Shown here: positions 39,509 through 50,745 of the stretch, in pieces
Layout: each line of letters begins with the position of its first letter
Position numbering within the stretch: the first letter of the stretch is position 1
DNA from: Lama guanicoe
Taxonomy: Eukaryota
Assembly: GCA_013239625.1 (NCBI GenBank)
Contig: MU057350.1
Coordinates: forward strand, 24,317,167-24,381,166
Length of the DNA stretch: 64,000 nucleotides
Direction of reading: 5' to 3'
Translations under genes and position numbers: made by a program
Notes under the pieces: model-generated
Database searches by the model: none
What the model was told of the DNA's origin: nothing
The model's input: only the letters and a program-made list of their open reading frames with translations

Positions 39509-42174
39509 ACTCCACCAGTCACTTGATCATAGAACATGTTCTTTAAACCCCCTATACTGACCATCATAGCACTTCAGAAATGTGCAGGAAAATAAAACCC
39601 ATGGAATCTGGAAACTGTAGTTGACAGGACTGGATAATGAGCACCAATCCCTTCTCTTTGCAGTGGAGAACACTAAGACCCAGATTATGTATTTTGGCCA
39701 GAGTGATGGATGTCCTTAAGGTATAAAGTAATTATATCAAACACAAAAATCACAGTTAACATTTTAAGGTGTTCAGGTCATGCAAATACATTAATTACTT
39801 TATTCTCATAGCTGACTTTGGGTTAGGCAGAATGGAAGTGAGCATCAGTCCCACCGAACAGGTGAGGAAGTTGACACGCAGAAAGTCCTAATGAGAACTT
39901 CCCCAAAAGCACACCATCAGAACACGGGACTCAGTCTTCACACCCCAGACCCTGTGGACTTTCCACTCTGCCATATTTCATATGGGGGATGGAAGACAAA
40001 GGAGAGTATGCCGCTGAACAGAAGCAGGGGAGAAGCAATAGAGGAAGGTCATCTAGCATATCTGTTTAAGGTGAACTGTGTAAACTCTGGCTGTCTGAGT
40101 TTATCTGTGGTCTGTGTATGTAGGTTATTAAGATGCAAACATATTAGAAATCATTTTCTTCATGACTTTTCAAATTCCACAAACTTATACACTAGCACAC
40201 ACTAACAATTCTTGTGCAAAGCCTTCAAATCTCATTCATCCTTCTCAAATCTGACCTTGACTCCTCTTTGCTAGCTGCCATCCAGTCCAGCCAGGAGCAA
40301 CAGCCCCGAGTGAATCTGACATCCCACCCCACACGTACCCAAAGCTGTGAGCTCTCCATGAGCTAAGGGATGAACTGCTCCACTGGGCTAAGTTGAGAAA
40401 GGTTTACTCTGAAAAGCAATAAAACAATAGATCTGGAGTGGGACTCTATATTCAGGTAATTGAGCCTCTGTTCTGAGCTTGCAATGGATTTTTAATTGGC
40501 GAGTTTTTCCAAAAGGTCAGTGTGTCAACCTTTGAGATCTTTCCTTAATTCTTAGGATTCTTTTTCAATGCACATTTAGAAAAACACAGGTGCTTAACAC
40601 CTTTGGTCCAGTTAAACGGGCCTCTGTGATCTGAAATTGACATAGGCAGGTGGCTGCCAGGCCTGACTTTGGGAAATGGATGTATTTCTCCTTTGCCGGC
40701 TCTCCGCGGGAAGGGGAAGAGGAGAGGGAGGGGGAACGCTGACAGACAACAGCAGGGTGATTCTCCGCTCAGCATCTCGNNNNNNNNNNNNNNNNNNNNN
40801 NNNNNNNNNNNNNNNNNNNNNNNNNNNNNNNNNNNNNNNNNNNNNNNNNNNNNNNNNNNNNNNNNNNNNNNNNNNNNNNNNNNNNNNNNNNNNNNNNNNN
40901 NNNNNNNNNNNNNNNNNNNNNNNNNNNNNNNNNNNNNNNNNNNNNNNNNNNNNNNNNNNNNNNNNNNNNNNNNNNNNNNNNNNTGGGCTGGCTCAGAAAC
41001 TTTCCAGAAGGCTGCTTTTTTTTTTTTTTTTCCCCTGTGTAGGGTCTATTTCTTGAGAGAAAGAAAATATAGCTCCCCATCATTTAATCATTTATTTCCC
41101 ATTATCCATTGACTAACTCTTCTCTGATAGACACAATCACATACAACAAACATGCTCAGAACAGCCACTATCTGACGGAAACGGTGCTTGGGGCTGAAGA
41201 TATAATTATACAAAAGACACAGCCCCAATTCTCCGAAGGTTCAGAGATGCCCCCAAAATTAGCATCACTGACAGAATCCTTCGTCATGTGCCACACTCCG
41301 TATTGAGGCTCTCTAAGCATCACCATATTCATTTTTCCCCATTCTTTAGAAGACAGGGGTTCTGATTATTCCCATTGTAAAGATTAGATCGCTGAAGTGT
41401 TGTGTGTTTAAGATTTTTCCCCAAATCATGAAACTTGTAAGTGCCAGGACCAGGTTTCAAACCCATGTCTTGCCTGACTTCAAGCTAGTTCCTGTACTCC
41501 AAAGCACAGGATTGGCCAGGAAGAAGGAAAAGATGGTGCCGTTCCAGGCTGAGCAAAGGCAGGCGCGTACTCAGTCCAGGTGAGGAGCAGGGTGAACCCT
41601 CAAGTATGGCCCGTGGGGAACAGCCTCCCCTGGCTTCGCACCCTTCCTCACCCCCTCAGCAACCTTCAGATTATTGTGTATTTCCCTAAGAACTTAAACT
41701 TGCCTGCTGGCTCCGGAGCAGCAAGGACGGGTGGCAATTTTATGACTCTGACAAAGAGTCATATCTTGGGAGAGGAGCTTAACCCTTTGAAGATCACCAC
41801 TTCCTGAACTTAAACAAAAATTCACGTGGCAGAGCAAGTCCAGCTACTCGGTTGTTTCTGCCACCAATGATTTGATTTTTCACCTCATCTGGCAACCTCT
41901 CCCGTGGAAATAATGAATGGAGGCAGGTCCTGGCGGCTTTCTCGTCTATAAGATTCAATCGTAAGTAGCCAGTAGGCCAATGATACCACACTCATACAGA
42001 GGCTTCCCAAGAAGAATGATGGAGAAAACTGCAGACAAGGTGGAATGTGCTGTCATAATTCAGACTTGAGAGGGATGGAATTAAAAAAAGAAGGTTTGGG
42101 ATTCTGTTTTTTCAATAACAAGGAAAATAACTTGGGGTGATAAATATATTCTTGAGGGTGTATTTTGTAACAAT

Positions 42175-42380
42175 AATAATCTCCATTGGTTGAAGGCCAA
42201 CTACGTGCCAGGTATTGCCAGGGGTGTTTAACACAATCACTTATGAAATGGAATCTTCACAGCACTGCCAGGGAACGTGATACCCCGTTTTCACAGATGA
42301 ACAAACTGAGCGTTCAGGAGGTTGACCAGTTTGCCAAAGGCCCCTCATTGAATTACATGCAAAACTGGAATGCAAGCTCA
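42175..42380 (-). mobile_element. MIR SINE
   Basis: ccccgttttcacagatgaacaaactgagcgttcaggaggttgaccagtttgccaaagg. Confidence 0.7.
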
Positions 42381-43309
42381 GTTACATATTATTTCAAGTT
42401 TTTGTGTCTCCGCTGCGTTGTTTTTCTCTTATCCATTGCTGTATTAATTAAAACACAACCTATTTAAAGGCTTTTGAATAATGCAATGATTAAAAAGGCA
42501 TTCACTGCATCTTTTTTTCCTTGAAATGACATCTTTCCTCTTTTTTTTTCCCTCTTTCCCACAAGGAAACCAAAACATTAGCTTCCTTTTTACTGCTCAA
42601 TTCACTGTTGTGGGATTTTACTTGAAGAGATTAGTAAAACCTCCAGGCAGACGCCATTGATTCAACTCTAGTGTCATTATGCGCCTGTCTGTATGTGTGT
42701 TGTTGGAAGGAAGGCTTTGTTCCTGGGAATCACAAAGCCATCATCCACCGACTCCCCGGGTTCCTGCGGGCTCTCACCTGCGGCACTTCCCACCAGCGTC
42801 TTCCTTGGCCTGTTGTTATTTTGAATTGCTCGCAGGGTGCTGCTTGCTAGTAAAGTTCTCGCCAATCAAGATTAGCTCTACCTCGGAGGAGTCTCAGGAA
42901 ATCGATTAGTGATTTCAGCTCTCTTCCTCTGACTTGAGGCAGGATGGGGGTGACTTAGCTTCATTCAAGGACCTGTCAGCTCCTGCAGATGCAGCATGAA
43001 GCACTTTCAAAGAATCTATGCAAGCCCAGAGCACCAAAGCTGAGACAAAGTTTCCGTGTGGTGGGACAAACAAGCACTTTGAGTCAGAAAGCCGTGGACT
43101 CACAGATCTTACCAAACAGACACAAAAATAGGACTAGTAGTAGCAGTAATAATAATAATATACACATTCTACCTTGTTCCAGTAAATATTACTTAGCCAA
43201 CTTTGTGGATCTGGGGCACATGACCTAGCCTTTTTGAAACTCAGTGTTCCCATCTGTAAAATAGGAGCACTGATCTCATCTCACTCTTTTGAAAATGAAA
43301 TGAGATGAC

Positions 43310-43802
43310 AGCATCCATTAAAACTTTTCGTTCCAAGTGATTGAAATCCAATAGAAATGGAATCAGGTGAAGCAGAAAGTGCATTTAATTACAAATAATA
43401 GTAATATCTCTCAAGAATGCACATACAGCTGGGTCTGACGAAAACTGGAATTAGAGGAGCAAGCGTCACCCTGAAGCTCTCCTCACTACTTGCCGCTATT
43501 TCCCTAGAGGCACCTGCAGCTCCCCTCTCACTACTCCTAAGCTTTACATGGCAACGCATAGCCACCAATGGCTGGCAAAGTTACATCCCCTTGCCAAGCC
43601 ACGATATGAGACAAACAAATTGACTAGTGCAAGTTCTAAATCCCAGGAAAGAACTGGGATTGGCCCAGCTCATGTCATGTGCCTACATCTAGACCAATCG
43701 ATTGTCTGCAAGCCTAAGGATAGGGGGAACTGGGCATTTGATACAAAAAAAGGGTAACTAGAAAAGAGTTTTACCACAGATGAAATAATTAGTGTCCACT
43801 AC
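43310..43802 (-). mobile_element. Old MaLR LTR (MLT1J-like)
   Basis: gattggcccagctcatgtcatgtgcctacatctagaccaatc; end tgtccactaca. Confidence 0.55.
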
Positions 43803-45573
43803 AACAGCATATGAAAAACAGCTATCACCCCACCCAGTCCAGAATGGATACACTTAATGTAAGTATCAATGTGTAGATGTCTGCACATTTTGAAAGCCTA
43901 TATTTTTAAAAAGCAAGACAAATACAATATTATGTGTTAATTACAGTGAATATAAATCACCTAATGTTAAGGATCAGTAGAGAATGTAATGCTGTGAACA
44001 ATTAATGTGCATGATATTTTTTACATCAATTCAAAAGTGCAATAGAAATTCAACAAGTTCAAAAACAGAATTTTGTCCCTAACCCTACTATTCTCTCCTA
44101 TCCCTTAGAAACCCAAATCTCACATTTTCTACTCTCACCTTCAGTTACTTTTCTGTCTTTAAGTGATTTTAGCTTGTGGGTCCACCACTGAGTTTTTAGT
44201 GTAAAAGAGCTAAGGGACTCTATAAAGTAGTTGGTATGATTTCAAAGAGCAGTGAAATGTCATTGTATATTATCACTAAACAGAGCCCATGCTGGGAATA
44301 AAAAAGCCAATTCCTATTTTTCATCCTTTTCCCTAAAATACACAGAACAATTTTGGGCAGGTCATTTGTGGTCCCTATGGGGTCCGTAAATCTGATGATG
44401 GTAACTTGCTCGCTTGTCTCTCAGAATGAAGCTGGGAACACCAGTGTATTAACTATGAATAGGGTCATTTACAGGGATAAGTGAGGAGGAGTCTCAGAAA
44501 ACTAGAGATTTCTCTTTCTTATCAGAAGGGGAATTTCAACGGAGAGGAAAAACTTGTTTTGTGCCTAATACAAAAGAATTCTTTTTCTTGGATCAAACTG
44601 GAAGGATCCAATCACCCTCTGCCAATAAACTCCAGGCCTGGGTGAGGGATTCAGTCAATATATTTTAGGTTTTGGAAAGAAATCACTTTGTGTCACTTTC
44701 CAGAATTCCTTCTGGCTGATTCCAGTATATTACTGATTTATTTTGGAAAGAATCATTCCAGGACCTCTCAAACAAAATGATGAGAAATAACTGTGCCTAT
44801 CATGGTGGAAAAAAAAAAAAAAGAAAGAAAGAAAGTGAAAGTCTCATTTTGCATTGGATTTTGTTGCCATGATATGATTCCTTTATAGGGAGGAGAAATT
44901 AAATTGATGAAGCAACAGTGTTCCAAGTGGTAGTTAATATTAACTGGTGTAGAAATGTGTGTTACCAGTTAAAGATTATTCCTTCACGTTTGTTTTCAAA
45001 CATGAAAAGAATTCCAAGGGAGGAAAGGAGTTACCAGAATAATGATATTGTCTTGACAAAATTCATAGATTCTATACGACAAAAAAAAAAAGTTCCTAAC
45101 CAGGCTGTTTGGTTACAGTTTTAAATGAAACATACATTGATTGAAAACGCATACCACTTTAAAGTTGATTGCATGAATGCTTAATTTGGGTCCTTTAAGA
45201 ATTCTCTCAATGTATTTCTTGATAGTTAGGATATTAAAATATGCAAATAAGCCTGCTCTGGTTGGTCAGTCATGATCTTTTTGTAATAACTAAAGTTCTC
45301 TCCCAAAAGCCACCATTCCTCCTATTCATGTCACCTTCACCCAGGAGTCACAAAATGCTGAAGACAGTCGCTTTTTACTTGATTAAATTTCGGGAGGTTG
45401 AAGCTAGGCTGAAATTCTCACCTTTTTTCTCCTCTCTCTCTTAATTACATGGCTTTACACTGATTTACATGAATTTCAGCTTTCAACATCATTGGTCTTT
45501 GCTGAATGCAAATCGGCACATGGGAAAATCATATTAAGTTTGCACAATTGATCTTTCATCATTCACATGGTAC

Positions 45574-45697
45574 CTTTGAGCAGTTCCTGAAATGTCTGTC
45601 TGAAACACTCCCAGCGCTGAGTGTCATCGAAAGATGGGGCCTCATCCAGGGGAAACCCATTCTCAGTGATGTAAATTACAGGGTTATTATATGTTTC
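45574..45697 (-). CDS. GBA3: GBA3 exon 4 (124 bp); carries the catalytic nucleophile motif YITENG
   Basis: Not in the ORF track. Manual translation: [41 protein letters not shown] + 1 nt. Acceptor cttcttgttccag|GAA at 45698, donor CTCAAAG|gtacc at 45573. Phase 0 matches the exon 3 donor. Nucleophile Glu codon at 45662-45664. Confidence 0.96.
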
Positions 45698-46088
45698 CTG
45701 GAACAAGAAGCAGAAGTTTTATTCCAAACAGATGTAAATTTAAAAAAAAAAAAAGCTCATAAAATCAGGTGCATTTACCCTCTATCTTCTGTAAGCTACA
45801 ACCCCAAAACTAGTTTTCATCAAATTGCACTGACCCTATTAACTTAATTTTCCACATGCTGACCTTTTATAACTAACAATGGAGAAGAAAAACTGTGCAA
45901 ATATCCATGAAGACAGTCAAATGACTCTTGCAATAATAAGAAGACAGAAATATCTTTCTTTCATCAGCATCTGCTGGTTGTCACTGCTCCTTAACCCCCT
46001 GGTCTCCACCTGCCTCCCCAGCAACCACACTCTCTATCCTCCAACAGTGGGCATCCTAAAAACTGGTAACTTAAAAATTTTAATGACA

Positions 46089-47137
46089 AGAAAACCTACG
46101 GAATGGGAGAAAATTTTTGCAAGTGAAACCGACAAAGGCTTGATCTCCAAAATATATAAGCAGCTCATACGACTCAATAAGAAAAAAATAAACAACCCAA
46201 TCCAAAAATGGGCAGAAGACCTAAACAAGCAATTCTCCAAGGAAGACACACAAATGATCAAAAAGCACATGAAAAAATGCTCAATATCACTAATTATCAG
46301 AGAAATGCAAATCAAAACTACAATGAGGTATCACCTCACACCAGTCAGAATGGCCNNNNNNNNNNNNNNNNNNNNNNNNNNNNNNNNNNNNNNNNNNNNN
46401 NNNNNNNNNNNNNNNNNNNNNNNNNNNNNNNNNNNNNNNNNNNNNNNNNNNNNNNNNNNNNNNNNNNNNNNNNNNNNNNNNNNNNNNNNNNNNNNCTTAC
46501 CATATGACCCAGGAATCCCACTCCTGGGCTTGTATCCAGAAGGAAATCTACTTCAGGANNNNNNNNNNNNNNNNNNNNNNNNNNNNNNNNNNNNNNNNNN
46601 NNNNNNNNNNNNNNNNNNNNNNNNNNNNNNNNNNNNNNNNNNNNNNNNNNNNNNNNNNNNNNNNNNNNNNNNNNNNNNNNNNNNNNNNNNNNNNNNNNNN
46701 NNNNNNNNNNNNNNNNNNNNNNNNNNNNNNNNNNNNNNNNNNNNNNNCATTCTAAGTGAAGTAAGCCAGAAAGAGAAAGAAAAATACCATATGAGATCGC
46801 TCATATGTGGAATCTAAAAAACAAAAACAAACAAACAAACAAAAACAAAGCATAAATACAGGACAGAAATAGACTCATGGACAGAGAATACAGACTTGTG
46901 GTTACCAGGGGGGTAGAGGGTGGGAAGGGATAGACTGGGATTTCAAAATTGTAGAATAGATAAACAAGATTACACTGTATAGCACAGGGAAATATACACA
47001 AAATGTTATGATAAATCACAGAGAAAAAAATGTGACAATGAGTGTGTATATGTCCATGAATGACTGAAAAATTGTGCTGAACACTGGAATTTGACACAAC
47101 ATTGTAAAATGATTATAAATCAATAAAAAATGTTAAA
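46089..47137 (+). mobile_element. Young 5'-truncated camelid L1 (ORF2 C-terminus + 3'UTR) in GBA3 intron 3, antisense to the gene
   Basis: [11 protein letters not shown]...[20 protein letters not shown]...LPYDPGIPLLG...ILSEVSQ is L1 ORF2. Perfect 16-bp TSD aaaaattttaatgaca (46073-46088 and 47138-47153) at a TT/AAAA site. Confidence 0.96.
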
Positions 47138-47493
47138 AAAAATTTTAATGACAGCTACCTTAATGCCATCCAGAGTGAAAAAGTCTCGAAAAGGATCCAG
47201 CCATTTTGCCTTTTAGTAATCACAGTTGTAACCCTAACCTGAAAAAATATGTCCAAGCCACTACTGTAGCCACAACTGAATTTAACAGTGCCTCTTAACT
47301 TCAATCATGATTTTGAAGCCCTTTATCAGCTAATTCCTCCTCATCAACTTAAATATAGTCTTCTCTTCCCAGGTCAACAAGTGTATATGCTGTTGCCTAA
47401 GTCATTCTTTTTTTCAGGTTCTTACACACACAGACATATTGCCTGTCTTCCCATGTTTGGGGGCACGTGGATGCAAACACATTGTGCATTTAC

Positions 47494-48290
47494 CTTAATG
47501 TATTTCAGCAGTTTACGTATTCCCCGTGGCACCACGTAGACCCAGTCCAAATTTATCCAAGACGAGTCTGGAAATACCTCGACCTCTGCATCCTGGAGTA
47601 AACCCAGTTCTCCTTTCTTGTTCTCCTGGTACTTAACTAAGCGAGTCGTATAATATTGCACAGCAAAGAAATCAGCAGTGCCTCTGATCATTTTCTTCTC
47701 TTCTTCTGTAAGTTCTGGAAGCCTTGATGATGGATAGCCTTGCTTTTTACTCATGAGGGCAACCTGGGACTTGACAACTTCAGGATAATCGCCATCAATA
47801 AATATGGGTTTAGCAAAGAAATCCAATTGGAAAGCAATGGCTCTCTTAGTAGCTTCCTGGTCAGACACTGAGTTCGGATCTGCTGGTTCCACCCAGCCAG
47901 CAAAAATTGATAAAGACACCATTCCCTTCTGCTCTTTTCGGAATAAGGAATCATAGCTGTGCCAGGATCTGGCATGAGCTTTAATCAAATTATGAGCTGC
48001 CTGATAAACTTTAGTTCCAACCTGAGGGACACCAGGAGGAAATGCACCCAGTTCATACGCCACCAGGGCCAACATATTTGGCTCGTTTATGGTGATCCAG
48101 TGCTTGACTCGATCCCCAAATGTACTGAAGCAAAACCAGGCGTATTTGTCGAAGGAGTCAATGATGGCCTCTGACAACCAACCTCCTTGGTCTTCTAAGG
48201 TCTGAGGCAAATCAAAGTGGTAGAGGGTCACGATGGGTGTAACCCCATTTGTTAACAAATCATCAATGATCTTGTTGTAATAGTCAATTC
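47494..48290 (-). CDS. GBA3: GBA3 exon 3 (797 bp), cytosolic beta-glucosidase, GH1 family; carries the acid/base glutamate
   Basis: Translates (G)[29 protein letters not shown]...WITINEPN...VQYYTTR...KLLKYIK with no stop or frameshift. Acceptor ttattcctag|GA at 48291, donor ATTAAG|gtaaat at 47493. Acid/base Glu codon (NEP) at 48082-48084. Colinear with human GBA3 as recalled. Confidence 0.97.
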
Positions 48291-48439
48291 CTAGGAATAA
48301 AACAAAAGAAAGTATGAGAAGAAAAGTTATTTTTAGTATATTGATAATACATAAGGATCAGGAATCATAATTTCCTAAATAACTTCCATCAAAATAAGAT
48401 TTACTCAACTCTAATGTAAAATAAGTACTTTAGTTACTA

Positions 48440-48780
48440 ATAACAGATCAATATTGGCCTATCAGTTGTAAGAAATGCAAGATATGATAGGAGAAAATGT
48501 AGGTGGGGGAATGAAGGAGTATGTGGGAACTCTCTTTACTTTCCACTCCATTTCTCTGTAAATCTGTAACACAAAATTGACAAAGTGATTCTAAAGTTTA
48601 CATAGAAAGGCAAATGACCCAGAACAGCAAACAATATTGAAGGAGAAGAACAAAGTTGGAGGACTGACACTACCTGACTTCAAGACTTATTATAAAGTTA
48701 TAATAATCAAGACTGTGTAGTACTGGTAAAGGAAGAGATTAATTGATCAACAGAAGAAAAATAGAGAGTCCAGAAACAGA
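48440..48780 (+). mobile_element. Old L1 fragments (L1MC-like 3'UTR piece followed by an ORF2 piece)
   Basis: gaagaacaaagttggaggactgacactacctgacttcaagacttattataaag encodes [17 protein letters not shown], an ORF2 motif. Confidence 0.85.
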
Positions 48781-48809
48781 GATGTCTGGGGGGGTTTTGG
48801 TGGGGTTTT

Positions 48810-48992
48810 TTTGGTTATTAGCAATAAACTTTCGATGTTTGACTACATGGTTTTTTTCAGCAAAAACTCCTATATATCCTGACTCTTTTCCTTACCTATT
48901 GGGAACCGTCCCTAGAAGCTACGTAACAGGCTGCCTTCCTCACTTACAATCCTCAGTAATGCCCCAAATAAAACATAATTCTCAACTTAAAA
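48810..48992 (+). mobile_element. ERV1-type LTR fragment (TATA and polyA portion)
   Basis: aaaaactcctatatatcctgactc...cctcagtaatgccccaaataaaacataattctcaactt resembles artiodactyl ERV1 LTRs (recall). Confidence 0.55.
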
Positions 48993-49717
48993 GCAAATAA
49001 GATTTATTACTTCCTGCCTATAATCAATTAAAGGTTAGTGGGAAACACAGAGACGTCCAAGGAAGCCTGGCTGGTCAGAGAGGGGGATGGGAGGGGATGA
49101 CACAATTGTGGAAGATGTTTGTTCTGAAAGGGAGTCATTTGGGCAAGTCACTACAACACAACCTCGTGTCATCGGCACACTTCTTGAAATTATGTCATCT
49201 GCTTGTTTGCATGTTTGGCTTGTCTCTCAACCCTACTAGAATACAAGCCCCATGACAACTGGGGCTTTGTCTGCCTAATTTACTTCTGGATCCTCCAAAT
49301 TCTGAAACAATACCAGAAATTTAGTAGATACTCAATAAATATTGGTTGAATAAATGAATAGATCTCAATGGTATTAAATATAAAGACACTGAACCCAGTG
49401 ACTGCCTTCGAGCTTCTCTGGACCCATCAGTCTCTAGGAAAGGAGACCCACTGAGTGTGAACGAGAGCTGAGCATTGGTCCCACAATGTGGGTTACAAGG
49501 GCAGGGAGCTTAGGGGCTTGGCACATTAAGGAATACTGAGTTGGGGAGTTTGGTCTAAATTCTGACACAGTCCATGGGAAAATACAGTACCCCTGGCTCT
49601 CAGCTGGCTCTCTCAGCACTGCATTTGAGACAGAGTTTTTAGGATGTGGCAGGGTTCAGAAGAATGTTACTAAGTTGGCAATGTTCTGCCTTAGAAACCA
49701 ATGCCAAGATGTTGGGT

Positions 49718-49946
49718 TGGGACATAAAAAACAAACTATGGTTACCAAAGGGGAAAGGGTGGGGAGGGATAAATTAGGGATTTGGGATTAACAGATACAC
49801 ACTACTATATATAAAATAGATAAACAAGGACCTGCTGTATAGCACAGGGAACTATATTCAGTTTATTGTAATAACATATAATGGGAAAGAATCTGAAAAA
49901 AAAACATATATACAAATGTAGAAAAAAAAAAGAAGAAGAAGAAAAG
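49718..49946 (+). mobile_element. Short L1 3'UTR insertion
   Basis: Similar to 55940-56125. A/GAA-rich tail. TSD aagatgttgggt (49706-49717 and 49947-49958). Confidence 0.88.
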
Positions 49947-50484
49947 AAGATGTTGGGTCCAACCTAAAAATGACTCTGAACTTGGAAGAGACATTCTGAG
50001 GAGGGGCTGACATTAGTACTTCGTATGATTTTATGTCTAAGAGTATAGAAAACTTAAGCCAAGGAGAAGCTGTTTTGTTTTGACAGGTTGTTTCCTGAAA
50101 AGTAATTATAAATGCATACGTAGAATTGTGTTGCACTCAAAGTTTGCAAATGAGTAAGGTCTGTTAATCTCTTTTTTTTAAAACTTAGTATCCTCCCATT
50201 TTAAATGTAATAATTCAGACTTTTGCATGTGTTTCATTCATTCACTAAAGTATTCAGTCCTCAAATACACATTTATAGAGAAGCTACTATATGCCAGACT
50301 TATAAACATAAGATAAACACTGTCTTTGTCCTAAAAAGAACCATAAATTTTAGTAGGGACTACATATAAACTCATAGACTGTTATAATACAGTACTATTA
50401 GTAAAGATAAAGTACAGAATGCTATTGAAATATATGATGAGAAGTCCCCATGCCAAACTGAGGGCAATTGAAAACCTATTCTGA

Positions 50485-50745
50485 ATGCAGTGGAGCATAA
50501 TAATTTCAAAAGTGAACTATGGTAACAGGCTGCCAAAGTTCCATCCCAGCCCCTTCCCTACTAGCTCAGTGACCTCGGGCAAGTTACTTCATCTCTCTGA
50601 ATTATCTCTCCCTGCCTGTAAACTGTGCACAATAACAGAAACCTATTTCAATAATTGTTGTGAGAGTTTAAGGAGTTGATAAATCGAACGGGCTTAGAAC
50701 AGTTCTTGGCATAGTTAGTGATCATTCTAATAATAATTATTATAG
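50485..50745 (+). mobile_element. MIR SINE
   Basis: gtgacctcgggcaagttacttcatctctctg...gcttagaacagttcttggcatag. Confidence 0.8.

Larger units (their letters stand above)
1..45573 (-). other. GBA3: Probable long last intron of GBA3 (terminal exon not seen)
   Basis: Exon 4 ends in a GT donor without a stop codon. I found no WSLLDNFEW-coding sequence in the readable part of 1-45573. Confidence 0.65.

Noticed and set aside
45879-46817. 312-aa ORF as a novel host-L1 fusion protein
   Set aside because: The first ~70 aa are intron sequence that happens to be in frame with a truncated L1 ORF2 tail. About a third is N, and there is no evidence of expression.
47422-48258. 278-aa ORF as a stand-alone gene or retrocopy
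   Set aside because: It is GBA3 exon 3 read from an internal TTG and running 24 codons past the splice donor. Neighbouring exons with introns are present.
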